From an uncultured Spirochaetota bacterium (GTDB lineage: Bacteria; Spirochaetota; Brevinematia; Brevinematales; JAOACQ01), in the NCBI GenBank assembly GCA_963783575.1, contig CAWAOD010000014.1, positions 352,001 to 416,000 of the forward strand: DNA of 64,000 nucleotides, read 5' to 3'. Positions within the stretch are counted from its first letter, which is position 1, and each line of letters begins with the position of its first letter. Position numbers and translations under genes: made by a program. Positions 31,827 through 41,952 of this stretch are shown here, piece by piece. Below the pieces are notes generated by a model, which searched no databases, had not been told where the DNA came from, and was given only the letters and a program-made list of their open reading frames with translations.

Positions 31827-33692
31827 ATGGACAATAGAATTATTTTATTACCTATACTGGTTCCCGCGGTCTTGTCATTATTTTTATTTATTTTACCGAA
31901 AAAAGATCGCTGGTTAAAAGAAACTATCGCCCTTATAGCTGTAACTTTTAATATGATCCTCTGCATTTTTTTATTCGGTAAGGAAGCATCTGTTCAGGTT
32001 CCATGGATAAATCTGAATGGGTTTAAGGTTGATTTCAGCCTGCGTCTCTACCAATTCAGCGCATTTATTATTTTAGCAGTTTCGGGTTTTTCTTTCCTTG
32101 TCACGCTTTATTCTGCGGTTTTTATGAAAGGCAAAGAAAACCTCCGGCAATATTATGCTTTTTTATTGATTTCATTAGCCCTTGTAAACGGGGCCGTTCT
32201 GGCAAATAACCTGGTACTGATGCTTTTCTTCTGGGAAGGACTTCTTATAACCCTTTTCGTAATGATTATGTCGGGCGGGAAAACAGCTTTTGCAACCGCA
32301 GTAAAAGCTTTTGTTCTTGTCGGAGTTGCGGATTTCTTTATGATTATGGGTATCGCATTGATAGCCTTTCTCACAAAGGGAGAAATGACTCTCGATGTTA
32401 TTCAGAAAAATCCTCTCTCAACACAGACTTTACTGGGCGGGTTTGCTTTTGTAATGATAATGCTTGGAGCAATTGCTAAGGCCGGCTCCATGCCCTTTCA
32501 CAGCTGGATACCGGATGCGGCAATCGACGCGCCTCTTCCTTTTATGGCATTTTTACCGGCATCGCTGGAAAAACTTCTGGGTATTTACTTTTTAGCAAGG
32601 ATCTGCCTGGACATATTCAATCTCAAGCCCGGTTCTCCTATGAGCATATTACTTATGACCATAGGCTCCGTTACAATACTGCTGGCAGTAATGATGGCGA
32701 TTATTCAGAAAGATTATAAGAGACTTTTATCATACCATGCTATAAGCCAGGTCGGTTATATGATTCTGGGAATAGGTACTGCAATACCTGTCGGAATAGT
32801 CGGCGGTTTATTCCATATGATAAACCATGCTATGTATAAAAGCTGCCTTTTTTTAACCGGCGGTTCCGTTGAAAAACAGGCAGGTACTACCGATTTGAAA
32901 GAGCTTGGAGGTTTGGGCAAAAAAATGCCTGTTACATTTACCTGTTTTATTATAGCGGCGGCGGCAATATCCGGAGTACCGCCTTTTAACGGTTTTTTCT
33001 CTAAGGAACTGGTGTTTGACGGCGCTCTTGAAAGCGGATACCCGGTGTTTTATATTTTTGCCTTACTCGGCGCTTTCTTAACAGCCGCATCATTTTTAAA
33101 ACTCGGGCATGCGGCTTTTCTGGGTAAACCGAAGAGAGATTTCAGCAAAGTAAAGGATCCTTCCTGGCCAATGCTTGTACCGATGATCCTAATCGCTTTC
33201 GGATGCATTCTTTTCGGAGTTTATAATGCCCTCCCACTTCATAATTTGATTGAACCTATCCTTGGCTCAAGGCTTGAACACAGCTTTGCAGGCTTGCCTT
33301 CAAACTGGCTTCTTGTCGGTATTTCAGTAGTAGTTTTAATTCTTGCCTTTTTAAACCATCTTTATGGTGTTAATAAAACAAAAAGCGGGATCGGGGCAGT
33401 AGATCATATTCATTACGCTCCAGTTTTATCTTCTATTTATAAAGGAGCTGAAAAGAAGTTTTTTGATCCTTATGATCTGGGAATGATAATTGCAAAGGCT
33501 TTTGCCAACCTGGCTTTCTGGATCGACAGGGCTGTGGACTGGTTCTACAATGTTTTTTGTGTCTGGGCTGCCGAAAAGCTGTCGTTATATATCAGGAAAG
33601 CACAGACGGGTAACCATGCGCTTTACTTATTATATTCAATATTGGGTATGGCTTTAATTATAGTAATTTTTGTTACCGGTTTTAAGTTTTAA
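31827..33692 (+). CDS. group 4 hydrogenase antiporter-like membrane subunit 2 (NuoL-like, C-terminal extension)
   Basis: FFWEG, KAGSMPFHSWIPDA, DYKRLLSYH, NHAMYKSCLF, PPFNGFFSKE, C-terminal QTGN..LY helix. Confidence 0.85.
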   Translation: MDNRIILLPILVPAVLSLFLFILPKKDRWLKETIALIAVTFNMILCIFLFGKEASVQVPWINLNGFKVDFSLRLYQFSAFIILAVSGFSFLVTLYSAVFMKGKENLRQYYAFLLISLALVNGAVLANNLVLMLFFWEGLLITLFVMIMSGGKTAFATAVKAFVLVGVADFFMIMGIALIAFLTKGEMTLDVIQKNPLSTQTLLGGFAFVMIMLGAIAKAGSMPFHSWIPDAAIDAPLPFMAFLPASLEKLLGIYFLARICLDIFNLKPGSPMSILLMTIGSVTILLAVMMAIIQKDYKRLLSYHAISQVGYMILGIGTAIPVGIVGGLFHMINHAMYKSCLFLTGGSVEKQAGTTDLKELGGLGKKMPVTFTCFIIAAAAISGVPPFNGFFSKELVFDGALESGYPVFYIFALLGAFLTAASFLKLGHAAFLGKPKRDFSKVKDPSWPMLVPMILIAFGCILFGVYNALPLHNLIEPILGSRLEHSFAGLPSNWLLVGISVVVLILAFLNHLYGVNKTKSGIGAVDHIHYAPVLSSIYKGAEKKFFDPYDLGMIIAKAFANLAFWIDRAVDWFYNVFCVWAAEKLSLYIRKAQTGNHALYLLYSILGMALIIVIFVTGFKF

Positions 33693-33713
33693 TTAATGTC
33701 GGGAGGTTGTTAA

Positions 33714-35162
33714 GTGCAGGCTCTATTTATCATAATTCCTTTTTTTGTTTTATTGATTTTAAATTTACCCTATAAAAAAAACTGGAGGAAATATAGTTTT
33801 TATGTGGGGCTGTTTATAGCTTTATTCCAGATATTATTGTCGCTGACAAGCGGCGCGCTCATCTGGAACAAAATTATTCAGGTATTCCAGATAAATTTTA
33901 TTACTGAGCTTAAGATAGACTATATCAGCCTGGTAGTTTTATTTACAATCGGCCTTATTGCCGGAACAGCTTTATGGGTTGGCAGATTTTTACCGGGAAA
34001 AAACGATCCATCCAGAGATGATTTCAATTTTGTGAATCTCATAATTCTGGCTGTAATGGGAATGAACGGTGTTGTGATGGTAAGGGACCTGTTTTCACTA
34101 TATGTTTTTCTTGAAATTACAGCTGTAGCGTCATTCATTTTAATATCCATCAATCGCGACAAATTTGCATTCGAAGGTGCATTCAAATATCTGATAATGT
34201 CTGCCTTGGCAACGATATTTATGCTTGCGGCAATTGCCCTTATTTTTATGAATACGCAGGACTTAAGCTATGGAGCCGTTAGCGGTTTATTGAAAAATTT
34301 AGGCAATAATCCGAATCCTCAGTTGATTCTGGCTTTAATTTTATTTATTACTGGCTTTTCAATAAAAGCCGGGGTTGTACCTTTTCATGGATGGCTGCCT
34401 GATGCATATTCTTCAGCTTCATCACCGGTTTCGGTTTTTCTTGCAGGAATTGTTACAAAGGTCGCCGGAGTATATACATTAATTAGATTATCATACGACG
34501 TTTTCAATAATAACCCGGCGATCGGAAATATCATGATGCTATTCGGGCTTCTTTCCATAATAATCGGGGCATTCGCAGCAATAGGACAGTCCGATTTCAA
34601 GAGAATGCTCGCATATTCAAGTATAAGCCAGATAGGATATATCATCTTCGCTGCCGGTATCGGAACACCACTGGCATTAACAGGAGCAATGCTTCATTTT
34701 TTCAACCATGCGATATTCAAATCCTCCTTATTTGTAAATTCGGCCGCTGTTGAGAAAGAAGCCGGTACGAGGGATATAAATAAGCTTGGCGGTCTTGCGT
34801 CAAAGATGCCGATAACAGGAGGCACTTCAATAGTGAGTTTTTTATCCACTGCAGGTATTCCGCCTCTTTCCGGTTTCTGGAGTAAATTTATAATAATACT
34901 TTCAGCATGGATTACAGGGTTCCATTCTTATGCCGTTATAGCATTACTTGCCAGCATCCTTACTCTTGTTTATTTCCTTATTCTTCAAAGAAGAGTATTT
35001 TTCGGCAAATTGGCAATCGGTTTCGAGAACATAAAAGAAGGGAATATCGGGGTTACTTTTCCCGCTTTGATTTTATCAGGAATAACAATCCTCCTCGGTT
35101 TGCTCTTTCCTGCTGTTGTTGCATATCTGCAGTCAAACGGATTGCTGAATTTTAATTTATAG
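33714..35162 (+). CDS. group 4 hydrogenase antiporter-like membrane subunit 3 (NuoM/N, MrpD-like)
   Basis: DLFSLYVFLE, KAGVVPFHGWLPDAY, DFKRMLAYSSISQ, PPLSGFWSK. Confidence 0.85.
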   Translation: MQALFIIIPFFVLLILNLPYKKNWRKYSFYVGLFIALFQILLSLTSGALIWNKIIQVFQINFITELKIDYISLVVLFTIGLIAGTALWVGRFLPGKNDPSRDDFNFVNLIILAVMGMNGVVMVRDLFSLYVFLEITAVASFILISINRDKFAFEGAFKYLIMSALATIFMLAAIALIFMNTQDLSYGAVSGLLKNLGNNPNPQLILALILFITGFSIKAGVVPFHGWLPDAYSSASSPVSVFLAGIVTKVAGVYTLIRLSYDVFNNNPAIGNIMMLFGLLSIIIGAFAAIGQSDFKRMLAYSSISQIGYIIFAAGIGTPLALTGAMLHFFNHAIFKSSLFVNSAAVEKEAGTRDINKLGGLASKMPITGGTSIVSFLSTAGIPPLSGFWSKFIIILSAWITGFHSYAVIALLASILTLVYFLILQRRVFFGKLAIGFENIKEGNIGVTFPALILSGITILLGLLFPAVVAYLQSNGLLNFNL

Positions 35163-35177
35163 TCAGGGGAACTACCT

Positions 35178-35681
35178 ATGAATTTTATTTTAATATTTAT
35201 ATTAATCGTTTTAATACTAGCCGCTTTAGCTTCGATCATGCTTAGAAATCTTTTAAAAGCGGCAATATCACTGGCAGTTGCCAGCGCTTTACTTGCAGCG
35301 GCAATGTTCATTATGGGCGCCTGGCTTGCCTCAGTTATTGAACTGTCAGTTTGCGCCGGATTAATAACTGTTATTTTTATAAGCACAATCAGCTTGACAA
35401 AGCCCCTGTCCAGGAAAGAGGATATTGAGGAAGGCAGAAACCGGATGAAACGTTTTATTTACTTGCCATTCATATTGATTATAGTTTATATTTTACTTAT
35501 CCTTGCCTGGAAAAGAGGATTGATTAATATTAAATTCGATAACATTGCCCAGTCAGGTTTAATTACTTTACGTCAGACAATATGGGAAAAAAGACAGCTT
35601 GATATTGTCGGGCAGATAATAGTAATCCTGACCGGAGTATTCGGGGTTGTAGTTCTATTTAAGGAGCGTGAAGTAAAATGA
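35178..35681 (+). CDS. NuoJ-like membrane subunit
   Basis: Five hydrophobic segments; A..ELSVCAGLITV pattern; operon position. Confidence 0.65.
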   Translation: MNFILIFILIVLILAALASIMLRNLLKAAISLAVASALLAAAMFIMGAWLASVIELSVCAGLITVIFISTISLTKPLSRKEDIEEGRNRMKRFIYLPFILIIVYILLILAWKRGLINIKFDNIAQSGLITLRQTIWEKRQLDIVGQIIVILTGVFGVVVLFKEREVK

Positions 35682-35989
35682 GTCTCGATATTAATTTTTT
35701 TATTTTTTCAACAATAGTTTTATTGTTTGTAACAGGACTGTACTGCCTGCTTTTATCAAAGAATTTATTGCGGATAATTATCGGCCTTGAAGTAATGACA
35801 AAAGGAATAACGCTTTTACTCATAGCAGCAGGTTACTCCAACGGCGGGGGCTTTCTGTCTCAGTCTTTTGTGATTACTTTGATCATAATTGAAGTGGTCG
35901 TGATGGTTGTAGCCAGCGGTATTATCATCGGCGTATGCCGGCTTAATAACTCTCTGGATACCAGCAATCTAAAGAATTTAAAGGGCTAA
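35678..35989 (+). CDS. NuoK/MrpC-like membrane subunit
   Basis: GLY.LL..KNLLRIIIGLE; three TMs; LKNLKG end. Confidence 0.8.
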   Translation: MSLDINFFIFSTIVLLFVTGLYCLLLSKNLLRIIIGLEVMTKGITLLLIAAGYSNGGGFLSQSFVITLIIIEVVVMVVASGIIIGVCRLNNSLDTSNLKNLKG

Positions 35990-36000
35990 AGAGGAATTAT

Positions 36001-36321
36001 ATGAAGAACATTTTATTATCACCGCCGGTAGTTTTTATTATATTACTTGCAGTTTCATTTCTATTTTCCGCTTTATTCAGGATTTTTGCTTTTACGGGAA
36101 AAGAATCGCCGGGAAAGACAAAATCATACTCTTGCGGAGAAGATGTTGCAATTAATAAAGTCCAGACCGATTACAGCCAATTTTTTCCATTCGCGTTTTT
36201 CTTCACGATTATGCATGTTGTGGTATTAATGGTTGCAACGATTCCGCTTGGTTTTTCAGTAATGCCCGTTGTTTATATTGTTGCGGCGGTAATGGCGCTT
36301 TCCATATTGTTCAGGAGGTAA
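36001..36321 (+). CDS. NuoA-like membrane subunit
   Basis: TM, then K..SYSCGE loop, then FF.FAFFF and two TMs. Confidence 0.6.
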   Translation: MKNILLSPPVVFIILLAVSFLFSALFRIFAFTGKESPGKTKSYSCGEDVAINKVQTDYSQFFPFAFFFTIMHVVVLMVATIPLGFSVMPVVYIVAAVMALSILFRR

Positions 36322-36322
36322 A

Positions 36323-36754
36323 ATGTCGATTCTAAAAAAAATAATAACCTGGGCAAGAATAAAATCTCCCTGGATCATACATTTCAATTCCGGAGCCTGC
36401 AATGCATGCGATATTGAAATTCTTGCTGCATTGACACCGAAGTTTGATGTAGAGCGTTTCGGCGTTCTTTTAAGAGGCACTCCAAGGCATGCCGATGTAA
36501 TGGTTTGTTCAGGTCCTGTAACCCTTCAGACAAAAGACCGTCTTGTTAGAATTTATGAACAGATGGCCGAACCGAAATTTGTTGTTGCAGTTGGAACCTG
36601 CGCGTCTTCCGGCGGAGTTTTTAAAGGCTGCTATGGTGTCTGTGGTGGAATTGATTCCGTTATACCGGTTTCGGCTTACATTCCGGGTTGTCCCGCAAGG
36701 CCGGAAGCAATTATTGACGGTGTTGTCAAGCTCCTTAAAAGCTTGGAAGGATAA
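36323..36754 (+). CDS. [NiFe]-hydrogenase small subunit (NuoB-like)
   Basis: CNACDIE, TPRHAD, GTCASSGG, IPGCPARPE. Confidence 0.92.
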   Translation: MSILKKIITWARIKSPWIIHFNSGACNACDIEILAALTPKFDVERFGVLLRGTPRHADVMVCSGPVTLQTKDRLVRIYEQMAEPKFVVAVGTCASSGGVFKGCYGVCGGIDSVIPVSAYIPGCPARPEAIIDGVVKLLKSLEG

Positions 36755-36766
36755 TTGGGGGTTTAT

Positions 36767-37243
36767 ATGGAAAAAGCCAGGAACATAGAATTGGATATGG
36801 TAAAGAAATTTGGTTTCCTTGAAGGTAAATTCAAAATCACACGAAGCAGAAGGATATTTCTGGATGTGCCGATGGAAAACTTCATGGATGTTGTTAAATA
36901 TGCTAAAGAGAAAGGATTTGATTGGCTTTGTACAATAACAGGTCTTGATGTTGTTGAAAGTTTTCAGGCAATATATCATTTGACAGATAAAGACGGATGT
37001 TTATTAAACCTTAAAATATCGATTCCAAAATCTAATCCGGTCATTAAAACGATTACCGGAATTTTTGAGAGCGGTGTATATTACGAAAGAGAATTGAAAG
37101 ACCTTCTTGGAATAGAAGTTGAAGGATTACCCGCCGGAAGGCATTATCCGCTTCCGGACAACTGGCCTGCAGGACAGTATCCTTTGAGAAAAGACTGGAA
37201 GAATGAAGATACCTGCGAATGCAAAGATGGAGGTGAAAAATAA
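36767..37243 (+). CDS. NuoC-like subunit
   Basis: LCTITGLD, YERELKDLLGI..G, YPLRKDW. Confidence 0.88.
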   Translation: MEKARNIELDMVKKFGFLEGKFKITRSRRIFLDVPMENFMDVVKYAKEKGFDWLCTITGLDVVESFQAIYHLTDKDGCLLNLKISIPKSNPVIKTITGIFESGVYYERELKDLLGIEVEGLPAGRHYPLPDNWPAGQYPLRKDWKNEDTCECKDGGEK

Positions 37244-38457
37244 TGGGAAGAGTAGCAATACCCATTGGACCTCAACATCCCGCCCTTAAAGAACCGGCTA
37301 GTTTTACTCTTTATCTTGAAGGCGAGAGGGTTGCAGCTGCCAATGTTGCACTGGGATATAATCATAGAGGTGTAGAAAAGGCATGTGAAGAGAGAACTTA
37401 TATTCAGGATATTTATTTGATAGAAAGAGTTTGCGGAATTTGTTCGCATTCCCATTCCACCTGCTTTATCCAGGCCGTGGAAGAGGTCGCCGGTCTTGAA
37501 ATACCGAAAAGAGCGGCATATATCAGAACTTTGATCGGTGAACTGGAAAGGATTCATAGCCATCTTTTATGGCTTGGGGTTGCCGGCCATGAATTAGGTT
37601 TTGACACGCTCTTTATGTACAGTTGGCGTGACAGGGAGATTGTTATGGATCTTCTTGCTATGCTTACTGGTAACAGGGTAAATTACGGCATCAATACGAT
37701 CGGCGGAGTTAGAAGAGATATCACTCCGGAGCAGGTCCAGGAAATTCTTAAAGCTGTTGATATTTTAGAAGAAAGAACAAAATACTACATACAGGTTGCT
37801 TATGAAGAAACAACCCTAATTGGAAGGCTTGCCGGGGTTGGAAAGCTCGCGACTGCCGATGCCATTCGTTTCGGAGCTACAGGACCAACAGCCCGCGCAG
37901 CTGAAGTTAATAAAGATGTAAGAAGGGACGATCCCTATGCCGCTTATTCGGAAGTGAGCTTTAATGTGATTACCGATAATCACGCCGATGTTTTGGGAAG
38001 GACGATTGTCAGGGTTAAGGAATTAATGGAAACATTCAGTATAATAAGGCAGGTGTTGAAGCAGCTTCCCGAAGGTCCGATAGCCGTCAGGGCACCCAGA
38101 AAAATCCCTGCAGGTGAAGCAATAAGCCGTTATGAAGCGCCACGGGGTGAAGATGTACATTATGTAAAGGGAAACGGCTCGGAAAAACCTGACCGTGTGA
38201 AAGTACGCGCTCCTACACTGGCCAATCTTACGGCAATAACTCATATGATCGAGGGCGGTTATCTGGCAGACGTGCCGATAGTTATAGCGGCAATAGATCC
38301 ATGTTTTTCCTGCACGGATAGAATGATAGAAATAAACGACCCTAAAAACGGCCAATCATTAATGAATTGGCAGGGTCTGCATGATTACAGCATAAATTGG
38401 TATAAAAACAACGGTATAGATTTTAAGAATATTACTTCATTAAGGGAAGGCAGGTAG
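37243..38457 (+). CDS. group 4 [NiFe]-hydrogenase large subunit
   Basis: L1 ERVCGICSHSH and L2 DPCFSCTDR give all four Ni-Fe cysteines; C-terminal extension follows L2. Confidence 0.93.
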   Translation: MGRVAIPIGPQHPALKEPASFTLYLEGERVAAANVALGYNHRGVEKACEERTYIQDIYLIERVCGICSHSHSTCFIQAVEEVAGLEIPKRAAYIRTLIGELERIHSHLLWLGVAGHELGFDTLFMYSWRDREIVMDLLAMLTGNRVNYGINTIGGVRRDITPEQVQEILKAVDILEERTKYYIQVAYEETTLIGRLAGVGKLATADAIRFGATGPTARAAEVNKDVRRDDPYAAYSEVSFNVITDNHADVLGRTIVRVKELMETFSIIRQVLKQLPEGPIAVRAPRKIPAGEAISRYEAPRGEDVHYVKGNGSEKPDRVKVRAPTLANLTAITHMIEGGYLADVPIVIAAIDPCFSCTDRMIEINDPKNGQSLMNWQGLHDYSINWYKNNGIDFKNITSLREGR

Positions 38458-38462
38458 TCGAT

Positions 38463-39422
38463 ATGGCGGATATATTACCAAGCATCTTTTCAATTCTTGT
38501 TTTCCCCGGCTTCCTATTTCTGAGTATTTACAGCCTTATTCTTGAATTTATTGACCGGAAACTTTATGCCAGATTTCAGAACCGTGTCGGACCTCCATGG
38601 TTTCAACCGCTGGCAGATTTTATTAAACTTATAAGTAAAGAAACCATTATACCTGCCGATGCCGATAAAAGAATGTTTAAATGGCTTCCTGTTTTTGCTC
38701 TTACAGCGGTTACGACTGCTTTTTTATATATACCGATCTGGAGTACCGGATCGCTGCTTCCCTTTAAAGGCGATGTTATTGTAGTACTTTATCTTTTGAC
38801 CATACCTACTCTGACATTTTTCCTCGGCGGATGGCTTTCTTCATCACTTTTTGCGACCCTGGGTTCTGTAAGAACATTAACCCAGCTTTTCGCTTATGAA
38901 GTCCCTCTGTTTATGGCTATACTAGGCCCTGCGCTTCTTGCCGGCGACGCCGGTAACTGGTCAATCAGCGGAATATCAAAATTTTTCAATACGAACCCGC
39001 TATATCTCCTTTTCAATATCCCTGCTTTCGCTGTGGCTTTGATCGCCGTTCAGGGGAAGCTTGAAAGGGTGCCCTTCGATATGCCCGAAGCTGAAACTGA
39101 AATAGTCGCTGGGGCTTTTACCGAATACAGCGGCAAGCTTCTTGCTATTTTCAGGATGGCCATCGATGTTGAAATGGTTGTTGTTGCGGCTCTTCTTGCA
39201 GCGATTTTTATGCCTTTTTTTGTTACAACAAACGCAATAGTCAATTTTGTTTTGTTTATAATCAAAACATTGATAGTTGTTTTCTTACTCGCCATAATAC
39301 GTTCTTCAATGGCAAGGCTAAGGATAGAACAGATGGTTAAATTCTGCTGGAAGTACTTGACCCCTATCGTTATTATACAAATATTGATTGATTTGATTGT
39401 TAAAGGAGTTTTTAAAATATGA
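38463..39422 (+). CDS. NuoH-like membrane subunit
   Basis: DRKLYARFQNRVGPP..QPLADFIKL and RVPFDMPEAETEIVAG..TEYSG. Confidence 0.92.
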   Translation: MADILPSIFSILVFPGFLFLSIYSLILEFIDRKLYARFQNRVGPPWFQPLADFIKLISKETIIPADADKRMFKWLPVFALTAVTTAFLYIPIWSTGSLLPFKGDVIVVLYLLTIPTLTFFLGGWLSSSLFATLGSVRTLTQLFAYEVPLFMAILGPALLAGDAGNWSISGISKFFNTNPLYLLFNIPAFAVALIAVQGKLERVPFDMPEAETEIVAGAFTEYSGKLLAIFRMAIDVEMVVVAALLAAIFMPFFVTTNAIVNFVLFIIKTLIVVFLLAIIRSSMARLRIEQMVKFCWKYLTPIVIIQILIDLIVKGVFKI

Positions 39423-39766
39423 GCAGACCGGGAAAAATGATTCCATTTATAATGCGTATGCTTATAAATAAACCTGCTACAGTTCTCTATCCTTACGAAA
39501 CTGTAAAAATACCTGAAAATTTCAGGGGAAAACTGGAATTTTACGCTGATAAATGCATAGGCTGTAAAATGTGCATGAGAGATTGCCCTTCTGATGCGAT
39601 CCTTATTGAAAAGATCGGGGAGAAACAGTTTAAATGCGAAGTTTACCTTGACCGATGTATTTACTGCGGACAATGCATGGAGAGCTGCCCCAAAAAAGCC
39701 CTCAGAAATACAAAGGAATTCGAGCTTGCGAATTATACAAGGGATAAGCTTAAGGTTGAAATCTAA
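39419..39766 (+). CDS. NuoI-like 2x[4Fe-4S] subunit
   Basis: CIGCKMCMRDCP and CIYCGQCMESCP. Confidence 0.92.
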   Translation: MSRPGKMIPFIMRMLINKPATVLYPYETVKIPENFRGKLEFYADKCIGCKMCMRDCPSDAILIEKIGEKQFKCEVYLDRCIYCGQCMESCPKKALRNTKEFELANYTRDKLKVEI

Positions 39767-40261
39767 GTGAACATTGATTTTGAAACTGCTATGAAAGACC
39801 GGCTAAAATTTGCAAATAAAGTCGCTATTTTAGGCATCGGTTCGATTATAATGTCGGATGATGCCGCCGGAATCAGGATTGCGGAAAATCTGCAAAAAAG
39901 ATTCGTGGATAAGGAAAAAATAAAAACATATCTCGGCAACACAGCCCCGGAGAACTTTACCGGTGAGATAAAAAATTTTCAACCCGATCATTTGATAATA
40001 ATCGATGCCGCCGACCTTAAAGAAAAACCCGGAAGCATAATGATAATCGATCCGGAAGTTATAGATGGAATTTCTTTCAGTACTCATATGCTTCCATTAA
40101 GAGTGATGGTTGAATATTTGAAAAAAGAAGCCGGTTGTCAGACAACAATACTTGGCGTTCAGCCTGAAAACATTTCCTTCGGTGAGAATTTAAGCCCTTC
40201 CGTAGAAATTGCCGTTCAAGAAATGTCTGATATAATAGGCAACGCTATTCCGGCAGCATAA
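39767..40261 (+). CDS. hycI: hydrogenase maturation endopeptidase (HycI-like)
   Basis: LGIG...DDAAG, TAPENF, IIIDAA, STH.LPL, LGVQP. Confidence 0.85.
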   Translation: MNIDFETAMKDRLKFANKVAILGIGSIIMSDDAAGIRIAENLQKRFVDKEKIKTYLGNTAPENFTGEIKNFQPDHLIIIDAADLKEKPGSIMIIDPEVIDGISFSTHMLPLRVMVEYLKKEAGCQTTILGVQPENISFGENLSPSVEIAVQEMSDIIGNAIPAA

Positions 40262-40350
40262 TTCTGCATTCAAAATTCATAGAATATAACTTTCTTTCTT
40301 TGCCATTTTATCCATATTCTAATCAAAATTTTAAAAGGGGAAAATATATA

Positions 40351-41007
40351 ATGGAAGGTAGAGAAGTATTTGGAATTTTACGATTCAATAAACTTGAATA
40401 TTTAGAGTCTCTTTTATCTGGAAAATTACATATGAAGTTAGGAAGTTATTATCAACAAGAGATAGAAAATATTAGAAAGGACAATAAAGATTGTATTAGT
40501 CAGTTGTTACAAAAGGATAAAATCACAGTTAAAATTGGAGAGCATATAATTAATTCTGATGATTTAACAAGTCCTGTAATAATAGCTAATTCTTCAGATT
40601 TAAATGTGAAAGTAATGTGTTGTTATGCTATAACAAATGATTTAATTGACAATGGCAAATTGAAATATAATTCAAAAATATTTGAATTTGGTGATTATTT
40701 TATTGTATTTCATAATGCTATTGAATTTACTAATAGAATTCATAAATCTCTTGATAAATCATCTCTAATAAAATGGCATTTAACAGGTAAGTTAATTCAA
40801 TACAAAGATTTTTCTATATATCATGGAAACGTTGGCCCCTTTATTAAGGATAAAGAATATAGTTATCAAAATGAATGGAGATTTGCAATTTATCATGATG
40901 ATAAATCCAAAGCAATAGACTTAGATATTGGAGATATATCTGATATTGCAAGTATTCATAAAACTTGCGATATTGAAAAATTAACAAAAATCACTCATTT
41001 AAATTAA
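40351..41007 (+). CDS. hypothetical protein, low GC; K..EYSYQNEWRF motif reminiscent of DUF2971-like proteins
   Basis: AGGGG SD before ATG 40351; 218 aa; visibly more AT-rich than the flanking operons. Family resemblance is weak. Confidence 0.6.
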   Translation: MEGREVFGILRFNKLEYLESLLSGKLHMKLGSYYQQEIENIRKDNKDCISQLLQKDKITVKIGEHIINSDDLTSPVIIANSSDLNVKVMCCYAITNDLIDNGKLKYNSKIFEFGDYFIVFHNAIEFTNRIHKSLDKSSLIKWHLTGKLIQYKDFSIYHGNVGPFIKDKEYSYQNEWRFAIYHDDKSKAIDLDIGDISDIASIHKTCDIEKLTKITHLN

Positions 41008-41059
41008 AATCTGAATAGGCATAAAAAAATTAATAATAAGAATCTACCTGAACGAACTT

Positions 41060-41312
41060 GATAGGTATATTATTTTATATTGAGCAAATAGCCTAATATG
41101 AACTGAGTTTATTATAAGCCCTTCGACAAGGCTCTGTGCAGGCTCTGCTCAACAACCGCACATGGACCACAAAAGACAGAAGCGGAACACAGAAACTACA
41201 TAAGGACTCTTCAAGCAACATAAAAACTGTAGCGAACGCAAGTTAGCCATGCCCAAACCATATAAGGCACATGGACGTACCATGATAACTACCCTATAGT
41301 CAAACAGGCCGC
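41060..41312. repeat. ~255-nt dispersed repeat, copy 1
   Basis: Aligns end to end with 41953-42210 (about 29 substitutions and 5 gap positions by hand). Confidence 0.92.
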
Positions 41313-41480
41313 CGGATTCTTTGGCGTCTATTTCAGTTATTGCAATGAAATACACGGAAATCATTTGCAAATCACAACAATAATCTAAAACAAATTTCTC
41401 TAAATCAGTCATTTGAAATCTCCTTTTATTTCCAATTTTATTTAGTAAGATATATAATAAACATAAAAAGGGGGCCTTTT

Positions 41481-41927
41481 ATGGAAGAAAATTTATCTTA
41501 TTTAATTTCAATAAGGAATAATCTTAAAGCGATGTCTACTCAGATTGCACAAAACAATCCAGACTTTGATTTAAGTCTTTGTTTAGAAATGATTTCAGAA
41601 TTTAATCTTAAAATAAAACTTCAAGAGAAAGCTAAAGAATTAATGACAAATATGAATAAAGTTCTTGGTAATTTGGCAATGGATTTTAAAAACAATGATA
41701 ATGAACCGTTAGAATTAAATTTTAAGAAAAGCAATAGAGATTATTTAATATCTTATGATTTTAATAATAATACCAAGGAAGGAGAAATCTGTTTTAGGGA
41801 TATGACAAAAGATAATAGTTTTCCAGCAAATACGCTTTATTTAGGTTTAATCTATGAAGTTGTAAATTTTAATGAGTCTTCAGATATTAGGAATCTCAAC
41901 CTTGATTTACAAAGTAAGCTTCCTTGA
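41481..41927 (+). CDS. hypothetical protein, low GC
   Basis: AAAGGGGG SD, 148 aa, no recognisable motif. Confidence 0.65.
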   Translation: MEENLSYLISIRNNLKAMSTQIAQNNPDFDLSLCLEMISEFNLKIKLQEKAKELMTNMNKVLGNLAMDFKNNDNEPLELNFKKSNRDYLISYDFNNNTKEGEICFRDMTKDNSFPANTLYLGLIYEVVNFNESSDIRNLNLDLQSKLP

Positions 41928-41952
41928 TTATTACATAATTATGCAACATAGG

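Noticed and set aside
36323..38457. Operon as NADH dehydrogenase (complex I) or an Ehr-type non-hydrogenase
   Set aside because: The large subunit keeps both Ni-binding CxxC motifs, a maturation protease follows, and nuoEFG are absent.
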